Of a stretch of 64,000 nucleotides of DNA, positions 23,468 to 35,849 are shown in pieces. The notes under the pieces are model-generated. The model saw only the letters and a list, made by a program, of their open reading frames with translations, made no database searches and was not told where the DNA came from. Each line of letters begins with the position of its first letter. Position 1 is the stretch's first letter. A program made the position numbers and the translations under genes. The DNA is from an uncultured Methanosarcinaceae archaeon (lineage in GTDB: Archaea; Halobacteriota; Methanosarcinia; Methanosarcinales; Methanosarcinaceae), in the NCBI GenBank assembly GCA_963833425.1, contig CAWHXP010000007.1, positions 160,001-224,000 on the forward strand, given 5' to 3'.

Positions 23468-23731
23468 CGAACAAACTCAGTAATATTATAGTTCATCTAA
23501 TTTTGGTTGATGTTCTAGAATATATATCAACCAACTAATTTTTGGTAGCTTGAATAGTTACCAAACACAAGGTTATCAACATTGTTTTTGTAATTTACAC
23601 AGTGACCATCATATGACTCTTGGAAGTGTTGCCCTTGGATCAGATACGACCTTGTTAATCTGTGCCTAGCTCGTATCTTGGTAGGGTCAATGTCTGCATA
23701 ACAAGCCAAAGTAATTTAGGAGAGGGTTCAG

Positions 23732-24300
23732 ACGGAACAACCAATTTATACTGAGTCAAAAATAAAGTTAGAAATAATACAATCACCTTGGTGGTTTGTT
23801 TTTTTGGAAGGGATTATTGCTATTGTTATAGGCATATTTTTCTTATACGAGCCTATAGCAATCACCATTCTGCTAATACAAATTTTAGCCATTTTCTGGC
23901 TAGCACAAGGAATTATTTCTGTTATAGAAGCGCTGATTTTCACGAAGAATTGGATCTGGAACCTAATTTTAGGTATCTTGAGCATTATTGCAGGAGTTGT
24001 TATAATGATGTACCCCATCCTCAGTCCTTTAATAGTTCTTGACCTTCTCATTCTCTTCATAGGAGTTTTAGTTTTTGTCAATGGTGCTATGAGATTTACT
24101 TTGTCGCTTAAAGGAGGAGGATTGGGCATGGGAATTCTTGGTTTGGTTACCATAATCTTTGGATTACTTCTCCTTACAACTCCCTAGTAGGAATCCTGTT
24201 TTGACATTCTTATTTGGGTTTTTCCTTATCGTCGGTGGAATGGCGCAGTCATCGGGGGAATAAAAATGAGAACCGGAAAATATTTCGGAGAAATTCCTAG
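23732..24300 (+). pseudogene. HdeD/DUF308 family membrane protein
   Basis: PWWFVFLEGIIAIVIGIFFL.., probable start mutated to ACG after AGGAGAGG; 3' frameshifts. Confidence 0.7.
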
Positions 24301-24540
24301 GTATATGTAATAAATTATTTGATCCCTTTAGGAAGTTCTTGAGTCCAGTATGAGCAATTATATTCTTATGGTTGACAAATCTGTCATAGAAGAACTGAGC
24401 GAATCAAAGTTTCGAGAGGATTAGTGCTTCATCATATTAAATTTTTGTTAGATTTTTGAAAATTTTGTTTGTATTATGAGCCAGGAAAAAATGACTAAAA
24501 TGACAGGTCACGAGAACATTACTAGGGAATATGACTAAAA

Positions 24541-25839
24541 ATGGTCGATAAGGATAACAAGGGTATAAGCTTAATGAAAGCCCAGATAGGACTGCTTAAA
24601 AGTCTTGGCCCCGGATTTATTACTGGCTCATCTGATGATTATCCCTCCGGTATCGCGACCTATGCACAAATGGGCGCTATCTTTGGATATAGTCCGCTAT
24701 GGCTTGTTTGGTTCACCTGTCCTTTCATGATCGTTATCCAGCATATGTGTGGCCGGATAGGGATGGTTGCGGGTAAAGGGCTGGCAGGCGTCATCCTCGA
24801 ACACTACTCTAAGCGTGTGCTGTAAGTGACTATTTCGCTGCTCGTTACCGCGAACACGATAACAACGGCGCAGATCTGGGAGCGAGGGCTGCCTCGGCAC
24901 AGATGCTGCTTGGTTGCCGTTTCTCTTTTGGGTGGGTCTCATCACTGTGTCTGCCATAGCCTTCGAGATACTGGTTCCTTACACGACCTACTCGAGGATC
25001 CTAAAATATCTGATATTGTCCCTCTTCGCAGATGTCCTGACAGCCTTCATCATCAGACTGTACTTGGTGACAATTTTTCACGTCACTCTGATCCCCACCT
25101 GGAGGTCTCTACAGACTACCTGCTCAACATCGTCGTGGTCTTGGGCACGAAGACCTCCCCTCCCTACATGTTCTTCTGGCAGGCTTCGTAGGAGGGAGAA
25201 GAGGAGGTCTTGAAGGGCAAAATTTCAGATATTGGTGTCGGAAAACCCTGTGTAACGCGACGGGGTATAACCGAGATTGACGGGGACACTTGCATGGGAA
25301 TGTTCTTTTCCCAGGTCATCATGTTCTTTATCATCGTCACTACAGCAGCCCCCCTTCACGCCGAAGGTATCACCACAATCCAGACCGCGACACAGACGTC
25401 AGAGGCCCTGCGACCGCTAGCCGACGACCCGCCTACTTACTCTTCGCAGCTGGGATCATCGGCACAGGGCTTCTAGCGGTTCCGGTGATGGCCGGAGCGG
25501 CAGCTTATGCCATTGCAGAAACTGCGGGCTGAATCGGGGGCTCGGTAAGAAATTTAGCCTGGCTCCAGGGTTCTACGCAGTAATTGACGTATCACGTTTA
25601 TCGGCATGTTCCTTGATTGATTCTGGGTCAAACCAATAACAGCACTCTACTATACCACCGTACTGAATGGCCTAGTAGCGCCATTGCTTATGGCATTGTT
25701 CGTCATGATCGCAAATAGGAAGGACATCATGGGCAGGTTCGTCAACTCGAAAGTGAGTAACGTCTTGGGATGGATAATCGTGCTGATCATGGCTCTAGTC
25801 GGGGTGGCACTGATCTTCAACTTGGCAACAGGACAGTAA
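24541..25839 (+). pseudogene. NRAMP-like divalent metal transporter, multiply disrupted
   Basis: LGPGFITGSSDDYPSGIATYAQMGA, CGRIGMVAGKGL, PYMFFWQAS, GIIGTGLLAVPVMAG; several stops and frameshifts. Confidence 0.85.
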
Positions 25840-26071
25840 CTTTTCCATGAATGCCCAGAATGCCTTCTCTAAAAATGCGTTTTTAAAGTCTGATAATATT
25901 TATCGTTTCATCACATCTAAGAATTACATTTCTTGTGATCGATTACATAAACAATAAATGAAAAATAGTAAGAAACACATAGACTAAATATAATAAATCT
26001 TAATGCAATCTTTTTTGAACTGAAGTAAAAATTAGGAAACGAGTTTTATAGAGTAGATCAAACGCCACACA

Positions 26072-26440
26072 TCACCTACGAACTGCTATTCTACCTCCCT
26101 GATCGAAATTTAAAGTGGGATATCCTTCATGACAATTGTCACATAACACAGTTACAGTGGTACTTTTACCTCGTTGTCTTATCGTTTTAATCATCCCACA
26201 TTTTTCTAACTCGTCCAATGCTTTTGGAAAAACCCACCCTCGGATAGGCAAAAATGAGCTCATACCTTTCAATGTGACCACCAAATCTTTAGATTAATTT
26301 ATCCTTTGAAATGCTAAGTACGCATAGACTCTTTATTTATGCCCCACTGAATTGATGGTAACTTCAAGTTAATTCTGAAGGCATTTGGGGTATGAAATAC
26401 CTTTTATTTTATCGTTAGACTTCAACAGATCATTTTACCC
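26072..26440 (-). pseudogene. Remnant of a possible winged-helix protein
   Basis: KALDELEKCGMIKTIRQRGKSTTVTV resembles a wHTH recognition helix and wing; upstream part disrupted. Confidence 0.35.
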
Positions 26441-26703
26441 CATTTAATGTTATTTTCAAATATTAAGAATAAATAAAGAATATATATTAAAGAAATATAA
26501 GTAGTAAAATCAATATTAGAAAACTTTAGAATTTAGCTATGCAGCTAATTAATATTACTCTACAGCCGAATTGAAATTTGGCTCTGGATCTGGCTTTTTT
26601 GTAGTGAAAGGAAAAGAGTACAGAGATAATCATATTTTACAGAATTTTTGTTACACGGCTTCTACTTTAGTATTTTTTAAATCTTTTCCCGTTTTATTCG
26701 CGC

Positions 26704-27980
26704 TCATTTGAACATCTCCGGAAAGATCACGCTTACGGTGTAGAGCATAGAGATAAGAAGTATAGTAAATACTATCAAAAAACCCCAAATGTTTTGGGTT
26801 AAAGTATTTTTATGTTTTCCCATCATCTCTTCGTTGTTGAGCAGGAGTAGCAGAAAAACCAAAGCTACAGGAAGAAGAGTAACCGTTATCACCTGCACGA
26901 AAAGAGTTATCAGCACCAATGGTGCTCCTGGGATTATTACAACTATGCCTGCGAAGACCAAGCTCATGAAAAAAAAGGCATAGAACATAGGCGCTTCTGA
27001 AAATTTATCGTTGATGGAGTGGGCCCATCCAAAAATTTCTCCCATTGCCCATGAACTTGCCAACGATATGCATATGGCCCCAAGAAGTCCGGCATCAAAG
27101 AGTCCTATGGCAAGAGCAGATCCAACAATTGGGTAGCTACCCATGATAGCAATTGCAGCTTGAGCAGCGCTGTCTATATTTACTCCAGCGGGCTTGAAAA
27201 GCAACGTGCCTGTGAGAATTACGCAAGCGATTGCAACTACTACTGTAAAGAATGCACCAACTGCAGTATCGAATTTTCCAAAGGAAATATCCTTCTCAAT
27301 CATACCTTTATCGACTATGGAGCTCTGTTGGAAGAATGTCATCCAGGGGGGATATCAGAGTCCCTATATTCGCCATTAAAAAGAAGAAGAAATCACCTGT
27401 GAACCCGTGGATAGGAATACTTGGAATCGAACCTTTGATGACATCGCTAAAATTGGGGCGAATAAACAGAATCGCACGAATATAGATCAGGTTGAGTACG
27501 CAGAAAAGGAGTACAATCTTTTCCCATGTCCAGTATCTTCCATGGATGAATATTGAGATCATCAAGATGGAGACACCAATTATTGTTAATATAGGCGGTA
27601 CGCCAAATATTTTTAGAGCATCTGTCATTCCTATAAACTCAGTTACCATCGTAAGAAAATCCAAAATGCCCAAATCTATTAACGATAACCAGCCCCAAAA
27701 AGAGCCAAAAGCATAGAATATAGCTTCTGCATGTCCTTTCTTAGTGACCGTGCCTAGTCTCACAGCCATTTCCTGAACAACATATACTACTGGGCCAAGA
27801 AATATTAAGAGCCAAATTAAGTTAAAGCCAAATTTGGCACCTGTTGCGGTATAAGTTGTGATACTACCCGCATCATTATCTGCTATCATCACAATTATGC
27901 CTGGCCCAGCAAGTACCAAATACAAACTCAGCCATTTTATGAGCCTGCGATATTTGTAGTAATACCATGAACCTTCAATA
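26704..27980 (-). pseudogene. NRAMP/MntH-like transporter, frameshift in a C run near 27346
   Basis: GPGIIVMIADNDAGSITTY, QEMAVRLG, ANIGTLISP/WMTFFQQS; the two ORFs join by one indel; probable start reads ATT. Confidence 0.85.
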
Positions 27981-29026
27981 ATTAATCAGCTCCATAGTTT
28001 GATTCCCTATTGAACTAAATGAATTTCATTGTTACTCCGGTGAACAAAAAAATAGTGGTATTAAGCACTTAACTATCTAAATCCCAATCGAGATTTGCAG
28101 ACGTACACAAATGTACAATTCGTTTGCCTATTTTTCACTATTATCCATTAAAAATTAGATCAATTTTAAGCTACTTCCATATGAGAAAAAAGATAACATT
28201 TTTGTATACATCTGTGCAAAGTAGGATAGTTGCCTATTTTTTAAATTTGAATCATAAATGTCTCAAATTTTGTTCATGTGTTTGGAAACTTGATTGTTCC
28301 ACTTTCGTATCGGAATATATTATATTTGGCCGATTCACGCCTAGAAAATGTGAAAAATAGTAAGAAACACACAGGCAAGATCTAATAAATCTTAATCCTG
28401 TCGATTTTAAATTAAAGCAAAAATGAGTAAATTAGTTTTATATAGTCTATTTCTAAAACATTCATTTTTGTACCACATGATCAAAAATCTATCTGTAGCA
28501 CTTTGTACCCAGTCAGGCCAATCTTTAACAGAAACGATAATTAAAAGCCTTAATTAGTCACTACTTCGCATGTAGCAAACAATAAAACATAATAGTAAAT
28601 CAGATCTATTAGAGCTGCAACAAGCCAGGAAAGAAAGCTGTAATAGCGGATTAATGTCGAAAATCAAGAAAATTGACAAGAAAAGACTTAATAATTGTTT
28701 GCTCGTTTATTTGTACTAATACCGTGTCATTTTTCTCATATTTTTCTTCATTGAGATAGAACCAAGCCATTAAGATAAACAGTACATACGAATCAACAGA
28801 GAACTCTTATTTCTTAAAGATCAAATTGTTTGTAACCACACCATCTTAAAGAACGGGATATAATCGCACATATGAATAATGGACAAATCAGTAAATTAAT
28901 TAGATAGCTTTCACTTCTGAAGATAGGACTTATTATTATAATAATTATTATTATGTACTATTAGAAATCTAAATAAATTGAAAAAATGCTTAGAATAAAT
29001 AGGGAAAAAGGCATAAAAAGCTTATT

Positions 29027-29683
29027 TCAGACAATCTCCGCTACTTTTTTTTCAGAAGCTTTAAACGTTTCTATTGACCTAAATTTGGTAAGGCCAGCTC
29101 CCATTGCAATTTTAAGAGCATTTTCATCGGTGATAAGATTCTCAGGTGCGTGGGTATCAGTGTTCACCACAAGAGTTGCTCCAATTTCAATGGCAAGCCT
29201 CGCAACATGTCCATTGGTTATGTTATGCCTATTTCTTGTCGTAATCTCAAGGTAAACGTTATTATCTACTGCAGTCTGAACATCTTCTTGCGATATAAGG
29301 CCTGGGTGAGCAAGAATATCCACATAATCACAGGCAACAGAAGCTGCATTTGTCCCTGATGCTACAGGTTCGGATACGGTTTCCCCATGAACGACCACAA
29401 TTTCTGCACCTATCTCTTTTGCTTTTTTTGCTAGAGGAGCTATCTTTCTTGGAGGTACATGCGTCAGTTCGACTCCAGCCAAAATGCGGATATCCCACTC
29501 ATTTTCGAGGTATTTGGCTTTCTTTGCAGCTTCTATAAGCTGTTCAAGATTTGTGTAATCAGCATGATCTGTAATTGCAATGGCCTTATAGCCGTGAATT
29601 ACTGCTCTCCGGGCCAATTCGCTGGGGATTAATTCTCCATCGCTGAAAATTGTATGAGTATGAAGATCAATCAACATGATCAC
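29027..29683 (-). CDS. PHP-domain protein (histidinol-phosphate phosphatase-like)
   Basis: DLHTHT, ITDH, AHPG and NTDTH motifs. Confidence 0.9.
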   Translation of the reverse strand: MIMLIDLHTHTIFSDGELIPSELARRAVIHGYKAIAITDHADYTNLEQLIEAAKKAKYLENEWDIRILAGVELTHVPPRKIAPLAKKAKEIGAEIVVVHGETVSEPVASGTNAASVACDYVDILAHPGLISQEDVQTAVDNNVYLEITTRNRHNITNGHVARLAIEIGATLVVNTDTHAPENLITDENALKIAMGAGLTKFRSIETFKASEKKVAEIV

Positions 29684-29780
29684 CCTATTTGAAACTCATT
29701 TTAATTTTTGCTATCAGACTGTTTTCAGTACTCAATTTGTCTACTCGTCCATTTTCTCTGTGTCTACGGGAACTACATAA

Positions 29781-30578
29781 CTATAATTGTTCAGATGTTT
29801 CAAATTTTTCAAGCCTTTCTGTAACATCTGCAAAAGCGAAATTCATCTTGACATCTATTATACTAATCCTTACTTTTTCTCCAACCTCAACTTCCTTCAC
29901 GAAGACGATGAACTTTTCAATTTGCACGACTCCATCTCCACCTGACCCCAAATTCTTGATCTCTACAACGAATTCGTCTCCCTTGTGGAATGGTGCTGTA
30001 AGGAATTTCTTCCCAATAAAGTATATTTCCGCACTTTGAGACCTTGAAGCTTTCGGAGAATAAGCTGTTGTTCGAACAAAGTTTTCCCTGGCATTTTGCA
30101 GGTAATCGTTGAACATGTCACCCTGGAATACTTTCACAACAAAATTTCCCTTCGTTTTCAGTATCCTCTTTGCACATTCGAGAGCTGAACTCGCCAGTTC
30201 GATTGACCTTGCATGATCATATGACCAGTTTCCTGACAGATTTGGGGCTGCGTCACAAAGCACTACGTCAACTCCCTTTAAACCGGTAGCTTGAATAATA
30301 GTCTTTATTGTCGATTCAGCGTTTATATCACCCTGAATGGTTTCAACGCCCTCAATATAATCAATTTTTTGTAGATCCACTCCAAGGACTTTGCCTCCAG
30401 ATAGCTTTTTTGCAACCTGTAACCATCCACCAGGTGCAGCACCTAAATCCACGACCGAATCTCCACGCTTTATAATTTTATGTTTTTCGTTGATCTGCAT
30501 AAGTTTGAAGGAAGCTCTTGACCGGTAACCTTCCTTTTTTGCTTGATGATAATAATAGTCTCTTCTATCCCTTGGCAT
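29781..30578 (-). CDS. rlmE: 23S rRNA U2552 2'-O-methyltransferase with C-terminal TRAM domain
   Basis: YRSRASFKL, VDLGAAPGGW, DAAPNLSG, KVFQG, SRSQSAEIY; TRAM-like tail. Confidence 0.95.
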   Translation of the reverse strand: MPRDRRDYYYHQAKKEGYRSRASFKLMQINEKHKIIKRGDSVVDLGAAPGGWLQVAKKLSGGKVLGVDLQKIDYIEGVETIQGDINAESTIKTIIQATGLKGVDVVLCDAAPNLSGNWSYDHARSIELASSALECAKRILKTKGNFVVKVFQGDMFNDYLQNARENFVRTTAYSPKASRSQSAEIYFIGKKFLTAPFHKGDEFVVEIKNLGSGGDGVVQIEKFIVFVKEVEVGEKVRISIIDVKMNFAFADVTERLEKFETSEQL

Positions 30579-30810
30579 TACTCATCTTCCCTGAACTGAA
30601 AGCTGATATAAGTTGTGCAAATTATTTTGCTAACTTTCAGAAGTTATCGCTTTTAATAAAGACATAATTATATATACTATATATATATTCTCGGTTATTT
30701 TTGAGTCTCGTAAACTCGGAAAAATATGACCATCAGCGTTTCAGGAGCTTTGTTCATCTATAAACAAAGTAATGCTCGGCTACGCCTTACAGAAAATAAA
30801 TTATAGCATC

Positions 30811-31854
30811 TCACAGAAGATAACGTCTGGAACTTAAAAATGTTCTTAGAATATCCTCACAGCTTGTTTTGTCGACTTTGATATCAGAAGGCTTTTCAAT
30901 TGTTTCAACGTTGATGGGTAGGCGCTTTTGAATTTCTTTAATGAGCTGTGAATCGCCACTCAGAATAACAAAGTCTATAAGGACATTTTTTTCAAGAACT
31001 TTATGCAGGACTTCAAAAACGTTGTCCATGTGGTGAGAGATATCTTCCTCCCGGAGGCGTTCGAACCGGCGCTGGCTAAAGCCTCCCTTACTATGCTTTT
31101 CCTTCACACTACTGCGGACAAATTCCTTGATATCGAAAACCTGGCCATAAGGAGCAAAACCTATGAAGGACTCCCCTGCATGCAGGACGATGACAAGAAT
31201 GCGGTAGTCCTTACTCAGAATCTCATCAAGAAAAGAAGTATCAAAGCTGGCCGCAAGCTTCCATGATGGATATTTTATCGGGATTGGAAGGACTATAGCT
31301 TCGCAGATCATATGGTGACAGTCATAGAATAGAATAAACCCGGTTTTAGGTTCAAGCCTCTCGAGAAGAATACGGATATCTTCTTCTATCAAATCAATCA
31401 CTTTTTCACTCAACAATCCAGATAGACGAGTTCCGCAAGGAAGGTAAACGGTAAGCAGGTCGTCAGCAGGAGAGCGAAGGGAACTTAGTTTGGAAATGTA
31501 AGCCTTAACAGCTAGCAAACTCAGGGGTTCAATTTTACGAAATTCCAATTTCTCTGGGGACTCGGCTCTTATTATCTCGAGCTCATGTGAGAGAGTTTTA
31601 ACGCGAACAAGCTCCTGTTTTAAACGGCTTTCAGCATCTTGCCTATCTGCAACTGCCTGTCTTGCAAGAGCCTCTTTTTTTTCGATCTGGGTTCTTACAT
31701 TTAGTAGATCGAGTTCGAGTTTCGCTACTAGAGAGTTAAGCCTGTCAATCTCAATCTCAAGATGGTCTTTTCCAGAAATTTTCCCTATGAGTGTGCTTAA
31801 TCTTTTTTTTGTATCTTCAGAAGTTTTTTGTTTTAATTTTTTTTCAATTGTCAT
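30811..31854 (-). CDS. Vms1/ANKZF1-like release factor (VLRF1) family protein with N-terminal coiled coil
   Basis: KEKHSKGGFSQRRFERLRE motif; eRF1-like C-terminal region. Confidence 0.82.
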   Translation of the reverse strand: MTIEKKLKQKTSEDTKKRLSTLIGKISGKDHLEIEIDRLNSLVAKLELDLLNVRTQIEKKEALARQAVADRQDAESRLKQELVRVKTLSHELEIIRAESPEKLEFRKIEPLSLLAVKAYISKLSSLRSPADDLLTVYLPCGTRLSGLLSEKVIDLIEEDIRILLERLEPKTGFILFYDCHHMICEAIVLPIPIKYPSWKLAASFDTSFLDEILSKDYRILVIVLHAGESFIGFAPYGQVFDIKEFVRSSVKEKHSKGGFSQRRFERLREEDISHHMDNVFEVLHKVLEKNVLIDFVILSGDSQLIKEIQKRLPINVETIEKPSDIKVDKTSCEDILRTFLSSRRYLL

Positions 31855-32079
31855 CGAATTTCCTTCCCTATTATTGAACCTTCTCCGGCTTTATTAGAAT
31901 TATAGCTCGCAATTTGAATTAAAACGTATAAATGCAACACTTATAAGTAAAATTCCTGCTTCGTAGAAACACTATTGAAGATTCCGATTGATCTCTAATT
32001 CTATTCCTCGTGGAAATTCTATTGAAATCCTTCTAATTGATTTCTGTATTTGGCCGATTTTTTTCTTTTCTGGTTTAGT

Positions 32080-33008
32080 ATCTCTTATTTTTAAAGAAAG
32101 CTTCCTATATTCTCATAATACTCCTTTTTTTCATTGTCATCATCCGATAGGGATTAGAACTATAATAAAGCACTGTAAACAACATCTTCAGATTCATTTT
32201 TTGAACAGAAGTGACAGGAACTTTCCCTTCTTTGAATATTTTTTAGTTATCATATAACTTTTTACACGAAAGATCTTTTAGAGATTATCCGTTTACTTCT
32301 CAACATATAATTCATTACTAGATGAGGTTCTTTAGCTATCGTTTTTTTAATTTGCATAACCGTTTGATTTTGCTCAAAAGTATCCTCTGTCTCTGTAAAC
32401 CTCTTCATTTCCTTCTGATAGATTTGCCTTAAAATCATGAAGTATGCAATTGTTGTTTAAACTTCTGATCGTCTTATAACCCCTTTCTGTCGTGCTATGA
32501 ATTTTAGATTCAAAGTGCGAATTATAATCTGTTCTATTTCAAAACCAGGGCAACTAAGTTGGCTTTGGAACTGTCCCAATATTTGTTCTTCTTTTCAATT
32601 CTCAACAATTATCACTCTGAATGATCAAACTGGTGTAATGTCTACGTATATACTCAAGAAAATCAAAAGATTTCCTAAAAAAATTTGATCAATATATTGT
32701 TTCTCAAGTTCATATTCTGGAATGACATACCATTGCTGTAGAGCAAAAATTTTAAAAATATCGATGATATCACTTCAGGTACGCTTCAATAAACTGTTTT
32801 ATTTAAAAATACGGATTTAAAAAAACGATAAGATATGAATTTAAATCAAATAAGAAATCAATTTCAACAAGTTTGTCACCAACTGGCTGAAGACGTTTGC
32901 ATTTTTCTTTGAGAATAAAATCAATCGGATTTATATGAGTATAGATTATTGCTAAGAGATCTAGACTCTTCTATACAAAAAAGTATATAAATTTATCGAA
33001 GTTCTCTA
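32080..33008 (-). mobile_element. Heavily degraded IS5-family element
   Basis: Colinear similarity to 55465-56597 (e.g. ATCCTCTGTC.CT.TAAACC.CTTCATTT, TGTTTCTCAAGTTCA); end TTTATCGAAGTTCTCT. Confidence 0.7.
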
Positions 33009-33381
33009 TAATTTACTAAATTTTATAATACTTGTAACTAAAGATACAGTACCAAATTGCAGTAATGGAATGACTTTCTGTCGATTCACAAAGAATTCTT
33101 ACAAAGCCAAATTTTGATATTATTTTTACTCTCTCTTTCTTAAGGTCAAAACTCGATTCGTCTATTTGTAAGTTATTTATTTGATAATACGGATGCTACT
33201 GCAGTATTCTGTCAGATTTGTGAGTCCTATTCTCTTTGCGGTATCAATTAGCTGACTTTGAAAGTAGTATTTCGAAAGTTTTAAGAATATCGTATTTAAT
33301 GTCACTTTGCTTTCAGACAATATTCTTAGAAAGCAAACAATTTAAACCCACACATAATTTATAGATCATTCCGGTGAGTGA

Positions 33382-34743
33382 ATGAAAACCCCATTAAAGT
33401 ACGCTAAAAATCATAAGGACCAGAAAAACCATAGTAAAGAAAAATCTGATCAAAGGGAACCGGCTAGAGTAAATGATAGATTTAAAGAAGATGGGCAAAA
33501 TGCCGTAAGGTTCAAAGCTGAAGAATTTCATCCCACGTTCTGGATCGAAGGAAATAGGAGCTCTTCACTGATTGGAAAAACTATAGTTCTTGGTGTTACG
33601 GGGAGTATTGGAGCAGTCAAGGTAGTTGAACTTGCCAGGGAACTTATCAGAAATGGAGCTAAAGTAAACGCTGTTATGACTGATGCGGCCAGACACATCC
33701 TGCATCCTGATGCTCTACACTATGCTACCGGAAACTCTGTAATTACTGAGATTGGAGGCCGAGTGGAGCATGTGGAATTCTGTGGACTCAAGGGAAGAGC
33801 CGATATTCTTTTGATAGCCCCTGCAACAGCAAATACCATTGGGAAAATAGCATCCGGAATAGATGATACAACCGTCACTTCCTTTGCATCAACAGCTCTT
33901 GGCGCGGGTATACCGCTGATGCTTGTCCCTGCGATGCACGAGTCAATGTATAAGCACCCAGCTTTAGTTGAGAATCTAATAAAACTGAAAACCTGGGGAC
34001 TTTTTATTGTAGGCCCAAAACTGGAAGAAGGCATCGCAAAAATAGCATCAAATGAAGAAATAGTGCTAGAGGTGGAAAGGACTCTTGGAAGAAAGAGTCT
34101 TGAAAACAGAAAGATAATCATCACGAGCGGTTCTACCGCCGAAACTCTAGACCCTATACGCATCCTCACAAACCGAGCCTCAGGGAAAACCGGCAGGGAA
34201 CTTGCTTTTGAAGCTTACCGCAGAGGAGCTGAGGTAACAGTGGTACATCGTGATATGCTGAGCATTGCAGGAATTAGGGAAATTTGGGTAGAAAGCGCTG
34301 CCGAAATGACAGATGCAGTGCTATCAGAACTGAAGAAAGGATATGATGTCCTTATCAGCGAAGCAGCAATTGCAGACTACACAGTTGAGCCTTCTGCAGA
34401 AAAGATAAAGTCAGGAGGAGAACTTGTGTTAAAGATGCAACCGACCCGCAAATTGATAAAAGAATGCCGTGAAAAGTATTCTGATCTCGTGATCATTGGC
34501 TTTAAAGCCGAAACCGGAGTTGGAAGTGGGGAGCTTCTCAGAAGAGCAACTGAAACCCTTGTGGGATCAAAACTGGATCTGATAGCAGCAAATGATGTCG
34601 GAAAAGGTGGAATGGGTACCGAGGAAAATGAACTTTACCTGATCGGAAGAAAAAAAGGTGAGCCTAAGCACATCAGCGGAAGCAAACGGAAACTTGCGGC
34701 TTCGATTATTGAAGAGACCATCGAGCTTTTAAATGACAAATAA
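33382..34743 (+). CDS. coaBC: Bifunctional phosphopantothenoylcysteine decarboxylase/synthase
   Basis: GVTGSIGA, APATANTIGK, PAMHESM, LDPIRILTNRASGKTG, GFKAET. Confidence 0.96.
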   Translation: MKTPLKYAKNHKDQKNHSKEKSDQREPARVNDRFKEDGQNAVRFKAEEFHPTFWIEGNRSSSLIGKTIVLGVTGSIGAVKVVELARELIRNGAKVNAVMTDAARHILHPDALHYATGNSVITEIGGRVEHVEFCGLKGRADILLIAPATANTIGKIASGIDDTTVTSFASTALGAGIPLMLVPAMHESMYKHPALVENLIKLKTWGLFIVGPKLEEGIAKIASNEEIVLEVERTLGRKSLENRKIIITSGSTAETLDPIRILTNRASGKTGRELAFEAYRRGAEVTVVHRDMLSIAGIREIWVESAAEMTDAVLSELKKGYDVLISEAAIADYTVEPSAEKIKSGGELVLKMQPTRKLIKECREKYSDLVIIGFKAETGVGSGELLRRATETLVGSKLDLIAANDVGKGGMGTEENELYLIGRKKGEPKHISGSKRKLAASIIEETIELLNDK

Positions 34744-34946
34744 TTTTCTAAAATTATGAGCTCATCTTGAAGTTGAAGCGTATTAATTGATAAGCATATT
34801 AGATGCCAAATATGTATTCGATAGGATTAGCTATATCCAAAGATAAAAAGCTGCATTCAATCCTGAATACACCTACAAAATACGATGCATTCTGCAAAAT
34901 GGAACGAATTTTGAAAAATTGATTAAAATTATAATAGGCGTTCTCT

Positions 34947-35849
34947 ATGCACAAATATCAGAGTGGAGGAGCAGACTCTTATGCAAAAGCCTATGCTCCT
35001 GGACATATTACAGGTTTTTTTCAGATTCACGAACATGAAAATCCTCATCTCAAAGGCTCTACAGGCTGTGGAATTGTTCTGAATGGGGGAGTTACCACCG
35101 AGGTCAATGTTGGGGAATCGGTAGAGAAGACGGAGATATTCCTCAATGGTAAGAAGGTTGAAGGCAGAACAACCCGCACAGTCGCAGAGATGATTACTGA
35201 TTTACCTGTAAGGATTAAGAGCTGGGCAGAAATTCCGATTGGATGTGGATTTGGAGCTTCAGGTGCAGGAGCCCTAGGAACGGCTTATTCTCTTAATGAG
35301 GCGCTTTCCCTGAACCAGACAACAAAAAGCCTGGTTGAATATGCTCACGTAGCAGAAGTTCTCAATTGCAGCGGACTTGGAGACGTTACCGGCCAATCGA
35401 GTGGCGGACTGGTCATTAGAATACAACCTGGAGGATCAAAATTTGGACTTGTGGACAGTATCCCGGTTCCAGAATCCAGAGTTTATTGCATTGTGCTCGG
35501 CGAGATCTCCACGAATTCTGTCCTGAATGACAGGGCTACAGCTGAGAAAATTAATTATGCGGGAAAAGTCGCAATGTCAGAGCTGCTTAAAAAACCTACT
35601 CTTGAAAATTTTATGTACCAAGCAAAGGAGTTTGCTAGTAAAACCGGTCTTATGAGCAGCAGGGCAAAGGATATCATTGAAGTTACAAACGCAAACGGAT
35701 GGATGGCTTCTCAAGCAATGTTTGGGGATACAGTTTTTGTGATTGCCCCTCAATGCCAAGAATTTATTATTTATGAAGTCCTCCAGGAATTCGGACAGGT
35801 GTTGGAATATAGCATCAGCACGTGTGTTCCCAAATTAATGCGTGATTGA
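34947..35849 (+). CDS. Pantoate kinase (GHMP family)
   Basis: APGHITGFF, PIGCGFGASGA, AHVAEV..SGLGDV; located in CoA cluster. Confidence 0.92.
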   Translation: MHKYQSGGADSYAKAYAPGHITGFFQIHEHENPHLKGSTGCGIVLNGGVTTEVNVGESVEKTEIFLNGKKVEGRTTRTVAEMITDLPVRIKSWAEIPIGCGFGASGAGALGTAYSLNEALSLNQTTKSLVEYAHVAEVLNCSGLGDVTGQSSGGLVIRIQPGGSKFGLVDSIPVPESRVYCIVLGEISTNSVLNDRATAEKINYAGKVAMSELLKKPTLENFMYQAKEFASKTGLMSSRAKDIIEVTNANGWMASQAMFGDTVFVIAPQCQEFIIYEVLQEFGQVLEYSISTCVPKLMRD

